Counted from the stretch's first letter, positions 40,513-52,031 are shown. The stretch: 56,749 nt of DNA from Candidatus Hydrogenedentota bacterium (GCA_034669905.1 JAXMOL010000048.1:1-56749), one strand, 5' to 3'. Notes: a model not told the origin generated them from the letters alone. Program-made: numbers and translations.

Positions 40513-41259
40513 ATGTCAACGAAACCGCGCAAGCGACTAGATACTCTCAAACAATATAAGACCGAAAGTATCGTCCTCATCGTGGCCGGAATCACGTCGC
40601 TCCTGTTCATGACGGGAAGTCTGAACCAGTTCGGCCTTTCTCTGGAAAACCTCTTCGGGACGCCACTCTCTCTAAAAATACAAGATCGAAGAAGTACAGA
40701 GACGCTCATGCGCGTGCAGAGCTTCAAAGGAGGGCTTGAGGCGCACGCGGCGGCGTGCCGGGATGCCCAGGACACTCCGAAAACCCTTGGCGGGCTATTT
40801 GACGCTGCGGCAGACCCCACCCAGTTGGAATACGCCCTGCTCAGACACGTCTACCTGGATGACGCGGACCTTCGGCAAATCAATTTGAACTTCGCAGATC
40901 TGGGGCACGCATCGCTTATTCAGGTAAATCTGGGGGGTGCAAGCCTGAGAAATACCAATTTCTTCTCCGCGGGCTTCGATGACGCTACGTTGATAGCATG
41001 CGACTTTACCGAAGCCAATCTTGCTGCAGCCTATATGGCCGGGGCCAATCTCGAAGGTGCCGTCCTGACCGAAGCCGACCTCCGCTCCACCAATCTGAAT
41101 GCAGCCAACCTCAGTAACGCGGATTGCCGATTCGCCGATTTCTCTTTCGTGCGCTTCAATGAGCACACCAACTTCTCCGGGGCCGACTTGCGCTACGCGC
41201 GCGGACTCTCGCCCGAACTCATTGAGCACGCCAAGGAAACCGGGGCCATTCTCAACTGA
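40513..41259 (+). CDS. Pentapeptide repeat protein with N-terminal TM helix
   Basis: A(D/N)Lxx repeats (ADLRQ, ANLAA, ANLEG, ADLRS, ANLSN). Confidence 0.85.
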   Translation: MSTKPRKRLDTLKQYKTESIVLIVAGITSLLFMTGSLNQFGLSLENLFGTPLSLKIQDRRSTETLMRVQSFKGGLEAHAAACRDAQDTPKTLGGLFDAAADPTQLEYALLRHVYLDDADLRQINLNFADLGHASLIQVNLGGASLRNTNFFSAGFDDATLIACDFTEANLAAAYMAGANLEGAVLTEADLRSTNLNAANLSNADCRFADFSFVRFNEHTNFSGADLRYARGLSPELIEHAKETGAILN

Positions 41260-41274
41260 CCCCGCCCCCTTTAC

Positions 41275-41685
41275 TCACTCCGACGTCGCGGCGACTTCGT
41301 CGAGCAGATCTTCGCCCCGCCATACCCAGCGCAACCCCTCTACCACCCATTCATCCAACTTGTGCACCATCGACATCGGGAGCCCCATGAGTCCCGCAAT
41401 CTCCAGGATGGCGGCCCGTTCGCGCTCCGTGAATAAACCGTCCAGATGGGAGAGCCGCAGCAGCTCCTGGAGCACGATTGCCCGACTCACCATGGTTTTC
41501 AGACGGGGAATGACGTCTTCTGGTGTCGCATCATCGCGGAGACCACTGAACTCCACCTCCACCAGCGTGGCATAATTCTCCAGAATCTGCTGCTCAATAT
41601 CCACCACCTTACCATCCGCCTTGGCCATATAGATGAGCAACTCCAACATGGCGCGCTGCTCGTCTGACGTCAATCGCTCTAACAT
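41275..41685 (-). CDS. TerB family (tellurite resistance / DjlA-N-like) protein
   Basis: MAKADGKV..IE and LSHLDGLF..RE...L..IA..MGL duplicated motif. Confidence 0.75.
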   Translation of the reverse strand: MLERLTSDEQRAMLELLIYMAKADGKVVDIEQQILENYATLVEVEFSGLRDDATPEDVIPRLKTMVSRAIVLQELLRLSHLDGLFTERERAAILEIAGLMGLPMSMVHKLDEWVVEGLRWVWRGEDLLDEVAATSE

Positions 41686-41755
41686 GATTCTGCCTTCCTG
41701 TGTTTTGGTATATCGCGCGGTCGTGTCCGTTCTTTCCTGAACTCCGTCAACCCAT

Positions 41756-42190
41756 TCAGGACGGGGTAGGAGAGAAAAATCGGCGCTGCGCGTAACGAAC
41801 CAATGAAATTACCGCGACCGCCACCGTCGTATGGGTGGCACCCGCCGCAAGCGCCAGCCGACGCACCTGGTAGCTCTTCGTCACACCGGTCTTGCAATAG
41901 GTGGCGAAATGCTCGCAGTTGTTCAGCAATACGCAGTAGGAACCGGCTGAAAGCGACGCCTCGGCTGCCGCGACCACCTCACACGGTCTTCGCACGGGCT
42001 CCCGATACGGCACGACCTGACAGCGCGCGCCATCACAAAACGCGGTGAAATCGCTCCGGATAACACGGGCTCGGGTAGGACGCAGGGGCTCCCCAGAAAA
42101 ATGGATAACCGTGCCATCCCCCATGTCGATCCCATGATGGGCATAGAGAAATCCAAGTCGTCGTACTTTGATGTGGTCACCACGTGCCAT
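41756..42190 (-). CDS. LRAT family (permuted NlpC/P60, NC domain) protein
   Basis: GDHI, YAHHGI, VIHF, NNCEHFATYCKTG; C-terminal hydrophobic tail. Confidence 0.88.
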   Translation of the reverse strand: MARGDHIKVRRLGFLYAHHGIDMGDGTVIHFSGEPLRPTRARVIRSDFTAFCDGARCQVVPYREPVRRPCEVVAAAEASLSAGSYCVLLNNCEHFATYCKTGVTKSYQVRRLALAAGATHTTVAVAVISLVRYAQRRFFSPTPS

Positions 42191-42371
42191 GCTTCACTCC
42201 TCATTCTACGGTACCATGCCACCGATTCCCCAGTCACCTTTCCCCCAAATCCCCTCCTCGGCCTTCGGGGCTCCCCCCCCGCACTGGGAATATTTCTGCC
42301 TAAATGGTACCATCGCGGTGTAAGATTGCCTGCGCGGTGGCGCAGAAACCCCTTCGTGATCGGAAGTTATT

Positions 42372-43031
42372 GTGACTACACCTCTTGAAGATTATGAGTG
42401 CCCCCCCGGAAGCTCCTGTAATAAGGCCTTACTCTACCGCGGTTTCGGGCTCTTTTGGGAGCATAAGCGCCTGCTCGTGGGCGCCCACCTCATCCTTGTT
42501 GCCATCGTTTTTTCGGGCGACTACCTGTTGCAGGGAGTCGGCGGCAACGTATTGCTCGGCCCATTCCTGCTGGGGATGTACAAGATGGATTTGGCCATCG
42601 TACGCAATAAGGAAACCCATCTCGGCGAATTGCTAACCGGATTCGAGAATTTCCTGCCCGCCTTCATTGCCAACATCCTGATTCAGGTCGCCTTCCTGAT
42701 TGGACTCTCGCTGTTGGTAATCCCCGGCCTCCTCGTGCTGCTCTCCTACACGACAACCTATCTCTTTCTGCTGGATAAGAACCTGGGTATGTGGGACGCC
42801 ATGGAAGCAAGCCGCAAACTGGTGTGGCGCAACCGGAAACGGTGGATTATGTTGGGAGTGATGATGCTGGCGATCAATCTCGCCGGCCTGCTGTTTTTCT
42901 TCGTCGGGCTGCTCGTCACCATCCCCTATTCCCACCTGCTTATTACGATGGCCTACGATGAGGACACGACCCGGGAAGCCAGGGATGCCGCCCGGCGCGC
43001 TCCGGTCCTGGGCGAGGACAGTCCCGCCTGA
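42372..43031 (+). CDS. Integral membrane protein (DUF975-like)
   Basis: Several TM helices; LLVIPG; DAMEASRKLV motif. Confidence 0.7.
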   Translation: MTTPLEDYECPPGSSCNKALLYRGFGLFWEHKRLLVGAHLILVAIVFSGDYLLQGVGGNVLLGPFLLGMYKMDLAIVRNKETHLGELLTGFENFLPAFIANILIQVAFLIGLSLLVIPGLLVLLSYTTTYLFLLDKNLGMWDAMEASRKLVWRNRKRWIMLGVMMLAINLAGLLFFFVGLLVTIPYSHLLITMAYDEDTTREARDAARRAPVLGEDSPA

Positions 43032-43043
43032 AGAGGCCGCAAC

Positions 43044-43622
43044 CTAGACCAGGTCGTCGATGACCTGCCAGAGGTCTTTCACGCCTTCGCGATTCACGCC
43101 GCTGAAGGGGATGATGGCTTCACGGTCGAGGGAAAGGGTGTCACTGATTAGGCGCAGTGCTTTTTCCCGTTGAGAGCGCTTCAACTTATCGATCTTCGTG
43201 GCCACGACCAGCGTGGGCACCTCGGCCTCTTCCAGAATCTGGAGCATATGGATATCCAGTTCGGAGGGCTTGTGGCGCGCATCTACCAAGACCGCGACCA
43301 TGCGGAGGGTTTCCCGCTCACTGAGGTACTCCACCATGACCCGATTCCAGGTGTCTTTCATGGCTTTGGGCACCTTGGCAAACCCATAGCCCGGCAGATC
43401 GACGAAATAAACTTTGTCATTGACGTTGAAAAAGTTCAGGGTCTGGGTCTTGCCCGGGGTACCACTGGTCTTGGCCAGCCCCTTGCGTCCCAGGAGCACG
43501 TTCATCAAGGTGGATTTACCAACGTTCGAGCGGCCGACAAAGGCAAATTCCGGACGTCGGTCTTTGGGGTAGTGGCTGGGATCGAGCCCACTCACTAGAA
43601 AGTCTGCGGTATGGACCTGCAC
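43044..43622 (-). CDS. engB: Ribosome biogenesis GTPase EngB/YihA/YsxC
   Basis: GRSNVGKS, TPGKTQ, DLPGYG, TKIDK; follows lon. Confidence 0.95.
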   Translation of the reverse strand: MQVHTADFLVSGLDPSHYPKDRRPEFAFVGRSNVGKSTLMNVLLGRKGLAKTSGTPGKTQTLNFFNVNDKVYFVDLPGYGFAKVPKAMKDTWNRVMVEYLSERETLRMVAVLVDARHKPSELDIHMLQILEEAEVPTLVVATKIDKLKRSQREKALRLISDTLSLDREAIIPFSGVNREGVKDLWQVIDDLV

Positions 43623-43646
43623 GACGAATTCCTCTCTTCTGACGCC

Positions 43647-46004
43647 CTAGGACTTCTTCTTTTTGGGGGCGAAGACAATTTTCAGCACATCATCCACGGT
43701 CTCGACCAGGGAAATATCCAGTTCACTGCGCACATCGTCCGGAATATCCGGCAGGTCTTTTTCATTTTCCCGGGGAAGGATAATCGAACGTATGCCCGTG
43801 CGGTGGGCCGCCAACACCTTCTCTTTGATGCCGCCCACCGGTAAGACCCGACCCAGCAGGCTGATTTCACCGGTCATGGACATGGCAGCTGCCGGGGCCT
43901 TTTTGCGTAAGGCGGACAACAGGGAGACGATAAGCGCCACGCCTGCGGAGGGACCGTCTTTGGGAACGGCCCCCTCGGCCACATGAACGTGGATATCTAA
44001 GGTCTTGTGGAAATCCGTCGGCACTTTCAGGCGCTTCGCATTGGACCGGATATAGGTGTAGGCCGCCTCGGCCGATTCCTTCATCACGTCGCCCAACTGG
44101 CCGGTGAGGGTCAATTTGCCCTTACCTTCCATGAGACTCGACTCGATATAGAGGATATCGCCCCCCACCTGGGTCCAGGCCATCCCGATGGCAATGCCCA
44201 CCTCGGGCTGCTCTACGGCATGGAGCCCGCTATACACCGGTGGCCCCAGGAGGTCAATGACCATGGCTTCATTCAGTATCATCCGCCCGTTGTGGGTCTT
44301 CTCCACGACGGTGCGGGCCACCTTCCGGAACACCCGTGCAATCTGACGTTCCAATTCACGGACACCGGCCTCCCGCGTATAGCGCTGGATAATGGCCCCG
44401 ATTCCGTCCAGCGTAAACTCCACGTGCGCTTCTTTCAGGCCACACTCGCCCATGAGACGTGGCACGAGGAAAAGGGTGGCAATCTGCTCTTTCTCTCGGA
44501 TGGTGTATCCGGAAAGGCGCACGATTTCCATGCGATCCTGAAGGGGTTCGGGAATCTGAAACTCGTTGTTGGCCGTCGCAATAAAAAAGACTTCCGACAG
44601 GTCAAAGGGCACTTCCAGATAATGATCACTGAAGTCCTTATTCTGCACCGGGTCCAGGACCTCCAGCAGCGCTGAGGAGGGATCACCGCGGAAGTCATTG
44701 CTCAGTTTGTCGACTTCATCGAGAAGAAACAGGGGGTTCTTCACGCCCGCCTTCTTGACACTCTGCAAGATGCGGCCCGGCATGGCCCCGATATAGGTCC
44801 GTCGGTGACCACGAATTTCTGCTTCGTCCCGCACCCCCCCCAGGGATGCCCGTATGAACTTTCGTTTCATAGCCCGGGCCACCGAATTGCCCAACGACGT
44901 CTTACCCACGCCGGGAGGTCCCACCAGACACAAGATGGGGCCGCGTGCGGAGTTGCTGAGTTTCCGAACCGCGAGATACTCGAGGATGCGATCTTTCACC
45001 TTTTCCAGACCAAAGTGATCTTCGTCGAGCACGGTCTGGGCCACCTCCAAATCAAGGAAGTCCCGCGTGCGTTTGGACCAGGGCATATCGCAGAGCCATT
45101 CGAGGTAACTGCGTATTACCGCGCCTTCCGGACTCAGCATGGGCATGCGTTCGTAACGGGCAAATTCCCGCTCGGCCTTTACGCGCACCTCTTTGGGCAT
45201 CTTCGCCTTGGCAATCAGGGTGCGCATTTCTGAAAATTCGTCGCCGTCTTCGCGGTTCCCCAATTCCTGATGGATGGCCTTCAGTTGCTCGTGGAGATAA
45301 TGCTCACGCTGACCCCGCTCCATCTGTTCACGGACCCGGTCCCGGACGTTTTGCTCCATCAGGATGAGCTCATTTTCCCGCATCAGAAAAGCGGTCATAC
45401 GCTCCAGCCGCTCGGTCAGGTCGACCAGCTCCACCAGCTCCTGGCGCTCCTCAACGCCCACCGGCAGATAGGCACACACGGAATCGGCAACCAACTCCGG
45501 GTCATCCATATCCTGAATAGACATGAGAATCTCGGGAGCGACCCGCTGGGAGAGCTGCACATACTCTTTGAACTGTCCGACCACGGTACGCATCAGGGCA
45601 TCCGCATTCTCCCCGACCTCCGCCTCCGTGTCCAACTCCTGCACCTGTACTTCGGCGGCGTCGTTCACATCTTCGCCCAGACAGAACCGGGTGACTTGTC
45701 CCCGTCCCAGCCCTTCCACCACCACTTTCATGGTGCCATCGGGCATGCGCAGGGACTGGAGAATCGTAGCGGCCACACCGACCGTATAGAGTCCGTCTTC
45801 CTCGGGATTTTCCTCGGCCGCGTCCCGCTGGGTACAGAGGAACAGGGGCTGATTCTTGGCCAGACTTCCTTCGACCGCCGCCAGGGAGGCGGGCCGCCCG
45901 ACCAGAAGCGGTACAATCATGCGGGGAAATACGACGGCGTCTTTCAGCGGCAGGAGATAAAGACGCATGCTACTGTCTTCGACGACACGTTTACGGGCTG
46001 ACAT
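43647..46004 (-). CDS. lon: ATP-dependent protease La
   Basis: LON N-domain, GPPGVGKT, LLDEVDK, PKDGPSAG, IKEK. Confidence 0.97.
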   Translation of the reverse strand: MSARKRVVEDSSMRLYLLPLKDAVVFPRMIVPLLVGRPASLAAVEGSLAKNQPLFLCTQRDAAEENPEEDGLYTVGVAATILQSLRMPDGTMKVVVEGLGRGQVTRFCLGEDVNDAAEVQVQELDTEAEVGENADALMRTVVGQFKEYVQLSQRVAPEILMSIQDMDDPELVADSVCAYLPVGVEERQELVELVDLTERLERMTAFLMRENELILMEQNVRDRVREQMERGQREHYLHEQLKAIHQELGNREDGDEFSEMRTLIAKAKMPKEVRVKAEREFARYERMPMLSPEGAVIRSYLEWLCDMPWSKRTRDFLDLEVAQTVLDEDHFGLEKVKDRILEYLAVRKLSNSARGPILCLVGPPGVGKTSLGNSVARAMKRKFIRASLGGVRDEAEIRGHRRTYIGAMPGRILQSVKKAGVKNPLFLLDEVDKLSNDFRGDPSSALLEVLDPVQNKDFSDHYLEVPFDLSEVFFIATANNEFQIPEPLQDRMEIVRLSGYTIREKEQIATLFLVPRLMGECGLKEAHVEFTLDGIGAIIQRYTREAGVRELERQIARVFRKVARTVVEKTHNGRMILNEAMVIDLLGPPVYSGLHAVEQPEVGIAIGMAWTQVGGDILYIESSLMEGKGKLTLTGQLGDVMKESAEAAYTYIRSNAKRLKVPTDFHKTLDIHVHVAEGAVPKDGPSAGVALIVSLLSALRKKAPAAAMSMTGEISLLGRVLPVGGIKEKVLAAHRTGIRSIILPRENEKDLPDIPDDVRSELDISLVETVDDVLKIVFAPKKKKS

Positions 46005-46160
46005 CAGTTCGGTTCGCTCCAGTCAATTCAGGTGTGGCTCGGGAGTGTACATTGGCGCTTTGGGGTACATTCGGAACCGTTTCGTTCGCCGCGCCGCCGT
46101 ATCGGATACGGGACGGGGGGAGGCAGTGCCACAGTATAGCCGTTCGCACGGTATACAGGC

Positions 46161-46195
46161 AAAAGGCCGGACATCCTGAGAGAGGATATCCGGCC
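46161..46195 (-). terminator. Putative terminator after clpX
   Basis: ggccgga/tccggcc hairpin with a T tract on the minus strand. Confidence 0.6.
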
Positions 46196-46217
46196 GAAAC
46201 GTCTTGTTTACAGGCAA

Positions 46218-47501
46218 TCAGGCAGAGGCAGAATTTGTATCGTCGTCCGCCGATTTGGCCGCTTCTTTTTCATGTTTATACACGAGCAACGGCTCTTCAT
46301 TATTGTTAATGACACCCGGCGTGATCACACATTCGACCACATCTTCCCGGGAGGGGATTTCATACATGACACTGAGCATGGCCTCTTCCAGAATGCTGCG
46401 AAGCCCACGGGCGCCCGTGTCTCGAAGGATGGCGCTCTCCGCGACCGTTTCCACGGTTTCCTTTTTGAACCGCAGCTTCACATTTTCCATCTCGAAGAGC
46501 TTCTCATACTGGCGCACCAACGCGTTGTTGGGCTCCACGAGAATGCGGACCAGGTCATCCTTGCCGAGCTCCGAAAGCGACGCGGTGATCGGAAGGCGGC
46601 CGCTGAATTCGGGAATCATCCCGTATTTGATCAGATCCTCGGGCTTCACCTCTGCCAGCAACGCGCCCAGGCCCATTTCTTTCTTGGACCGCACATCGGC
46701 GTTAAACCCGATGACCTTCTGGCCGATACGCTTCTGAATAATAAGGTCAAGCCCATTGAAGGCACCGCCGCAGATAAAGAGAATGTTCTTGGTGTGTACC
46801 TGGATGCATTCCTGCTGCGGATGTTTTCGGCCACCCTGGGGGGGCACACTGGCGCTCGTGCCTTCCAGAAGCTTCAGCAAGGCCTGCTGCACGCCCTCTC
46901 CCGAGACATCCCGGGTAATCGAGGGGCTATCACTCTTTCGCGCTACCTTGTCGATTTCATCGATGTAAACGATGCCCGTCTCTGCACGGGCCGGATCAAA
47001 ATCGGCTGCCTGCAATAGCTTGAGAATCACGTTTTCGACGTCATCGCCCACATAGCCGGCTTCGGTCAGCGTGGTGGCATCCACAACGGCGAAAGGCACA
47101 TCCAGCAAACGCGCCAAGGATTCGGCCAGAAGGGTCTTACCACAGCCGGAAGGACCGACAAGGAGGACATTGGACTTCTGAATCTCCACCCCATCGATTT
47201 CGCCACCTGAGGAAATGCGCTTGTAGTGGTTGTGGACAGCCACCGACAGCACCCGCTTGGCGTGGTCCTGCCCGATGACATACTGGTCGAGAAAGCCCTT
47301 GATCTCTTTGGGCGGAGGCACCTTCATGGAACGCGTAGTTCCCTTCCGGGCACGCTCCTCGGCAACGATTTCACCGCAAAGGTTAACGCATTCGTCGCAT
47401 ATATTGACGTCAGGGCCTGCTATAAGTTTGTTTACTTCATCGTGGCGCTTGCCACAGAAGGAGCAGGTGGGAACATCACTTCGGGTACGTTGAGGCGCCA
47501 T
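46218..47501 (-). CDS. clpX: ATP-dependent Clp protease ATP-binding subunit
   Basis: Zinc finger CSFC...[26 protein letters not shown] loop. Confidence 0.98.
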   Translation of the reverse strand: MAPQRTRSDVPTCSFCGKRHDEVNKLIAGPDVNICDECVNLCGEIVAEERARKGTTRSMKVPPPKEIKGFLDQYVIGQDHAKRVLSVAVHNHYKRISSGGEIDGVEIQKSNVLLVGPSGCGKTLLAESLARLLDVPFAVVDATTLTEAGYVGDDVENVILKLLQAADFDPARAETGIVYIDEIDKVARKSDSPSITRDVSGEGVQQALLKLLEGTSASVPPQGGRKHPQQECIQVHTKNILFICGGAFNGLDLIIQKRIGQKVIGFNADVRSKKEMGLGALLAEVKPEDLIKYGMIPEFSGRLPITASLSELGKDDLVRILVEPNNALVRQYEKLFEMENVKLRFKKETVETVAESAILRDTGARGLRSILEEAMLSVMYEIPSREDVVECVITPGVINNNEEPLLVYKHEKEAAKSADDDTNSASA

Positions 47502-47691
47502 ACGACTCTCCTGCGCTTTTAAAGGTCTCTGGAATTAGAATTTAGCATTTCTACTGTCGCCTGTCAAGAGATACCCTCTCTGGCCGACGCGAACAGTCCG
47601 TAGACTCAGTATCATTCTGCCAACTAAAGGGGAGAGAGGTCAAGTGAAACTCTTGGCCAATCCGGGGTATACCCCCTTCCAAACAGATATT

Positions 47692-47727
47692 AAACGCCCT
47701 CCAATCCAAGGAATCGGATGGAGGGCG
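47692..47727 (-). terminator. Putative terminator after clpP
   Basis: cgccctcc/ggagggcg hairpin followed by TTT on the minus strand. Confidence 0.5.
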
Positions 47728-47767
47728 GATTAGACTTTAGAGCTATAAACCTTGACGGTCCAGCAAC

Positions 47768-48406
47768 TTAGCGTGCCAGAATCTCGTCAATCAGGCCATA
47801 TTCCTTGGCCTCTTCCGCGCCCATGAAGAAATCACGATCACTGTCTTCATGAATTCGCTCAGCAGGCTGTCCGGTGTGGCTTACGAGAATTTCGTCGATC
47901 ATTTCACCAATTCGGATGATTTCCTTGGCCTGAATGTCGATATCGGACGCCTGGCCCTGCACGCCGCCCATGAGCTGGTGTAGCAGGAAGCGGGAGTACG
48001 GGAGGGCAAAACGCTTTCCCTTGGTTCCGGCCGCCATGATCACCGCGCCCATGCTCGCCGCCTGTCCCAGACAGATGGTACTCACATCGGGTTTGATGAA
48101 CTGCATGGTGTCATAGATGGCCAGTCCGGCCGTCACACTGCCACCAGGCGAGTTGATGTAGATGCTGATGTCCTTATCGGGATCTTCGGATTCGAGGAAC
48201 AACAACTGCGCGATCACGTAATTGGCGACGTAATCGTCAATCGGCATTCCCAGGAAGATAATGCGATCCTCCAGCAGGCGCGAGTAAATATCATAGGCGC
48301 GCTCCCCGCGACTCGTCTGCTGATAGATCGTGACGTTTTCGGGGGCTACTGGATTTTGCCCGCCAAGTTGGGACAGCTGGGCATGGATCGACATGGGATC
48401 AGGCAT
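47768..48406 (-). CDS. clpP: ATP-dependent Clp protease proteolytic subunit
   Basis: [28 protein letters not shown]. Start is probably ATG 48406, overlapping the tig stop. Confidence 0.96.
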   Translation of the reverse strand: MPDPMSIHAQLSQLGGQNPVAPENVTIYQQTSRGERAYDIYSRLLEDRIIFLGMPIDDYVANYVIAQLLFLESEDPDKDISIYINSPGGSVTAGLAIYDTMQFIKPDVSTICLGQAASMGAVIMAAGTKGKRFALPYSRFLLHQLMGGVQGQASDIDIQAKEIIRIGEMIDEILVSHTGQPAERIHEDSDRDFFMGAEEAKEYGLIDEILAR

Positions 48407-49817
48407 TATCCTCTTCATCCTCTTTGTAAAGCTCTTCGCGGGTTACCACTTTATCTTTGACTTTGGCGCTGTCCATCACGATGGCCAGTGCTTTCTGACG
48501 GAAGATACGGGTCTCGTAATCGCTGCGCTTGTCATCCTGGCTCAGGAAGCGCTTGGCGATATCCACGTCCATACCGGTGCGACCCACGATGGCCTGGGCT
48601 TCTTTCTCGAAGTCCTCTTCCAGTACCTGCACCCCTTCCTTCGCACCAATCTCGTTTACCACGACATAGGCTTTGATTTCACGGGTAGCATGCTCTTGGG
48701 CCTGCTTCAGCAGGTCTTCGTTGCGCTTATCAATTTCTTCGGGAGAAACACGCAACTCAAGAAGACGACGGAGCTCCTGGTTGTAATATTCTTTGGCGCT
48801 GGACTCTACCAGCGACTTGGGCAATTCAAAGGTGCTGTTTTCTACGATGGCCTCGACAGCGCGCCGCTCGGCGATTTGCTGCCCCTGGCTGTTCGCGCCT
48901 TCCTGCAGATCCTTGGAGACCTTTTCGCGCAGATCGGCCATGCTTTCGAAGCCGCCGCCCGTCGCGAAGTCGTCATCCAGTTCCGGCAGGGTCTTACGCT
49001 TGATTTCGTTGACCTTGATGGTGAAGGTCGCCGTTTTGCCGGCGAGGTCTACACTGGAGTAGTCTTCCGGGAAAGGCACGTCGCAGGTCACTTCCGAACC
49101 CGTCTCGGCACCTTGCAGGGCGGTTTCGAACTCGCTGAAGAAGCGCCCGGAACCGAGGATGTAGGGGTAGTTTTCGGCACTGCCGCCGTCAAAGGCGACG
49201 CCGTCGATAACGCCGGTGAAGTCGATCACCACCTGGTCGTCATCCTGGGCCTTGGCCCCTTCTACCACTTCGTAAGACGCAAAGCGCTCACGCATATTTT
49301 CGATGGCCTCGTCCACTTCCTTCTCTTCTACTTTAAGGACGGGACGTTCGACCTTGATACCCGTGTAGGAGCCGAGTTCCACCCGGGGGGCGACCTCAAA
49401 CTTCAGGGTAAACTCAAGGGCGGAATCGAGGGGCGTGTCATGGACGTCTTCGAGACCTTCGATATCGGGATAGTCGATAGGAGAAAGCGATTCGGTCTTG
49501 ATAAGTTTGCGAAACGCCGCGCTCACGAGTTTCTCGGTCGCTTCACCACGGACCGCCTTGCCAAACTTGCGCTCGAGCAACTTCCGGGGCGCCTTGCCAC
49601 GACGAAAGCCGGGAATCTCGGCATCCCCTTGCAGTTCTTCGTACATCTCTTCAGACTGCTTCAGGGTATTGGAGGCGGGAATCGCTACCTTGACTTCATA
49701 GGCGCAGTCGCCTTTGTAGTCCACATCGAAGGTAGGATCTTCGGCAAACTCGAATTCACCGTCAGCACCATCCACATCTGCTACTGCTACATCTTCGTTC
49801 GTTTCGTTGTCGCTCAT
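48399..49817 (-). CDS. tig: Trigger factor
   Basis: [10 protein letters not shown] signature; FKBP domain (IDFTG, FDGG, FPEDY); tig-clpP-clpX-lon order. Confidence 0.96.
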   Translation of the reverse strand: MSDNETNEDVAVADVDGADGEFEFAEDPTFDVDYKGDCAYEVKVAIPASNTLKQSEEMYEELQGDAEIPGFRRGKAPRKLLERKFGKAVRGEATEKLVSAAFRKLIKTESLSPIDYPDIEGLEDVHDTPLDSALEFTLKFEVAPRVELGSYTGIKVERPVLKVEEKEVDEAIENMRERFASYEVVEGAKAQDDDQVVIDFTGVIDGVAFDGGSAENYPYILGSGRFFSEFETALQGAETGSEVTCDVPFPEDYSSVDLAGKTATFTIKVNEIKRKTLPELDDDFATGGGFESMADLREKVSKDLQEGANSQGQQIAERRAVEAIVENSTFELPKSLVESSAKEYYNQELRRLLELRVSPEEIDKRNEDLLKQAQEHATREIKAYVVVNEIGAKEGVQVLEEDFEKEAQAIVGRTGMDVDIAKRFLSQDDKRSDYETRIFRQKALAIVMDSAKVKDKVVTREELYKEDEEDNA

Positions 49818-49845
49818 AATCTCTATCTACCATGCTCGTAGTCGT

Positions 49846-49930
49846 TGGTGGGCGAGGCGGGACTTGAACCCGCACACCGTGAGGTACCAGAACCTAAATC
49901 TGGCGCGTCTGCCAATTCCGCCACTCGCCC
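49846..49930 (-). tRNA. tRNA-Leu (anticodon TAG)
   Basis: gggcgagtggcggaattggcagacgcgccagatTTAGgttctgg, long variable arm, gttcaagtc, CCA end. Confidence 0.95.
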
Positions 49931-50029
49931 GATTATCCCCGTGGGGAAGGCTCCACATAGTACCAAAAAAAGCGGGCAAAACGGAATTAATTTCGCCCGC
50001 GTTAAAACGCAATGTGATCTATTTAAAAT

Positions 50030-50105
50030 TGGTGGGCCGTGAGGGGATCGAACCCCCGACCTTGTGATTAAGAGTCACCTGCTCTACCAACTGAGCTAAC
50101 GGCCC
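50030..50105 (-). tRNA. tRNA-Lys (anticodon CTT)
   Basis: gggccgttagctcagttggtagagcaggtgactCTTaatcac...gttcgatc...CCA, 76 nt. Confidence 0.95.
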
Positions 50106-50121
50106 TGAAAAGAAAAAAAAA

Positions 50122-50197
<76 letters not shown>

Positions 50198-50215
50198 CCG
50201 AAGTGGTTCGCAAAT

Positions 50216-50243
50216 AGTATCAAAACCTTTTTGGCCGTGTCAA
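50216..50243 (-). promoter_or_regulatory. tRNA operon promoter
   Basis: TTGACA-N16-GATACT on the minus strand, with A-tract (UP-like) sequence upstream. Confidence 0.6.
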
Positions 50244-50292
50244 CATTGGATGGAATTTTTTTTTAATCTTTGCTAATTTTTTTTGATGCCTT

Positions 50293-50898
50293 TCAAAAAC
50301 GCACATCAAAGCCCGCGCAAAGGTGGGGCTCCAACGGTGGCTTCCGCACTATCTCATACTTCTTCTGTACCAACGGCCACTCCTCCGGAACGCAGGCACC
50401 GTAGAGATATTCCACCCCTACAAAGTCTTTCATCATCTGGTCTTGCAGCTCCTTGGGCGGCTTAAAACGGAAGCGATAATGCCGGCTGATTTCCTTCAGG
50501 CCCAGGCGGCGATAATAGCGCTGGGCCCGACGGTCCTGACTCCAGTATTCGAGCCGGTTAAAACCCCGCTGTTTCGCATCTGCTATCGTGGCATCCATCA
50601 GCCGCTTTCCGAGGCCCTGCCCCCCATATTCCGGCAGGCGACCAAACTCCAGTACGTAGCCCCCCCGGGTATCTTTTTGGAAGCACAACTCCCCCGGCTC
50701 GTTCTCATATTGCACGTCGGTCAGTCCCACAAGGCGCTCGCCATCGACCGCGACCAGCCGGGTCGATTCGTAGCCTTCATAGTCGGGGCGCTCCTGGATG
50801 CAGTAATTCCACGCATGGGAAATACTCATGATAATCGCGTGGGTTTCCAACCAGGCCCGCGCATCTTCGTCCCGATAGGGTCGTATTTCAATAGTCAT
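50293..50898 (-). CDS. GNAT family N-acetyltransferase
   Basis: IRPY; acetyl-CoA motif PEYGGQGLGKRLM; AQRYYRRLG. ATG 50898 overlaps the upstream stop (ATGA). Confidence 0.85.
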   Translation of the reverse strand: MTIEIRPYRDEDARAWLETHAIIMSISHAWNYCIQERPDYEGYESTRLVAVDGERLVGLTDVQYENEPGELCFQKDTRGGYVLEFGRLPEYGGQGLGKRLMDATIADAKQRGFNRLEYWSQDRRAQRYYRRLGLKEISRHYRFRFKPPKELQDQMMKDFVGVEYLYGACVPEEWPLVQKKYEIVRKPPLEPHLCAGFDVRF

Positions 50899-51965
50899 GA
50901 AGATTCCTCGTTCTCCAGTTCCCTCAGAAAGGCGTTCGCGTCTGATTCCCTGCCCAGGGCCAACGCCATATCGCGCAGGTTGGCCCGGGCATCGGCATAG
51001 TCCGGTTCCAGTTTCAGGGCCTGCTTCACCCGTGCGTACGCTTTTTCGATTTCGCCATGCTGCCAAAGCACCACGGCGAGGTCGTTGTGGTTTCGACTGA
51101 GCTGGGGCGCTACCCGAATCGCTTCGAGCAAGGCCCGCAGGGCCCCCGCCAGGTCGCCCGCTTCGAAGCGCGCAGCGCCGTCGCGGTTGTGCTGTAAGGA
51201 CGCCTGAAAACTATCCAGCCGATCTTCCGGTCGCAACGCCCATTTAGCATGAAAGCGGGCATCGTTGGCCGCGATGAGGGATTCCCACGCCTCGCCCACC
51301 AACCCCATGGCCTGGAATGTCTGACTTCCATAGTGGAACACAAAACTCCCCTCCGCCACACCGAGGCGGTAGCCCGCCCGAAGCATGCGAACACAATAAT
51401 CGTCGTCCTCAAAATTCCCCGTGGCAAACTGCTCGTCAAGCAGGCCCACGGTTTCCACCACCCGGTCGCGAATCAGCATGCAAAAGCCAACCAGCCGGGC
51501 CACAGTTTGGAGCTTCGCCCCGAATTGCTCACGCCGTGTGCGGGCGAAGTCGTTGATGGCGTCGATGGAATCGAGGTGCAGCTCGGGGATCAGTTGGCTC
51601 CCCGAGACGCAATTGCTCATGGGGCCGACAGCACCCACATCGGGGTGCTCCTCCAACACCGACAGCAACCCCTCCAGCCAACCCTCGGGGACAAGGGTAT
51701 CGTTATTGAGCAGCACGACGTGCCCACGGGCCCGGGCCATTCCCAGATTGACGCCCGCCGCGAAGCCCCGGTTGCTTTCCGAACGAATCACCGTCACGTG
51801 TTCCATGCCCTCATAGGCGGGTGCCAGCGGCGGCTGGGAACCGTTGTCGACCAGGAAAACCCGGTAGGGCACCTGGGTGTGGGCGCGGATGCTCGCAATA
51901 CATTGGGCCGTGATCTCCGCCTGATTGAAAGCCGGGATCACAATGGATACGGGTTGACTGGACAT
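50895..51965 (-). CDS. GT2 family glycosyltransferase with C-terminal TPR repeats
   Basis: SIVIPAFN, VDNGS, NRGFAAGVN, LLNND, FEDDDYC; TPR segments HNDLAVVL and PDYADARANL. Confidence 0.88.
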   Translation of the reverse strand: MSSQPVSIVIPAFNQAEITAQCIASIRAHTQVPYRVFLVDNGSQPPLAPAYEGMEHVTVIRSESNRGFAAGVNLGMARARGHVVLLNNDTLVPEGWLEGLLSVLEEHPDVGAVGPMSNCVSGSQLIPELHLDSIDAINDFARTRREQFGAKLQTVARLVGFCMLIRDRVVETVGLLDEQFATGNFEDDDYCVRMLRAGYRLGVAEGSFVFHYGSQTFQAMGLVGEAWESLIAANDARFHAKWALRPEDRLDSFQASLQHNRDGAARFEAGDLAGALRALLEAIRVAPQLSRNHNDLAVVLWQHGEIEKAYARVKQALKLEPDYADARANLRDMALALGRESDANAFLRELENEESS

Positions 51966-52031
51966 GCTGCGATTATGAAGGGCGGGCATCCCACAGCGCA
52001 ACGCCCCTGACACCACGGCGCGGCGCGCAGC

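Noticed and set aside
48330..49841. 503-aa plus-strand ORF
   Set aside because: Antisense shadow of tig.
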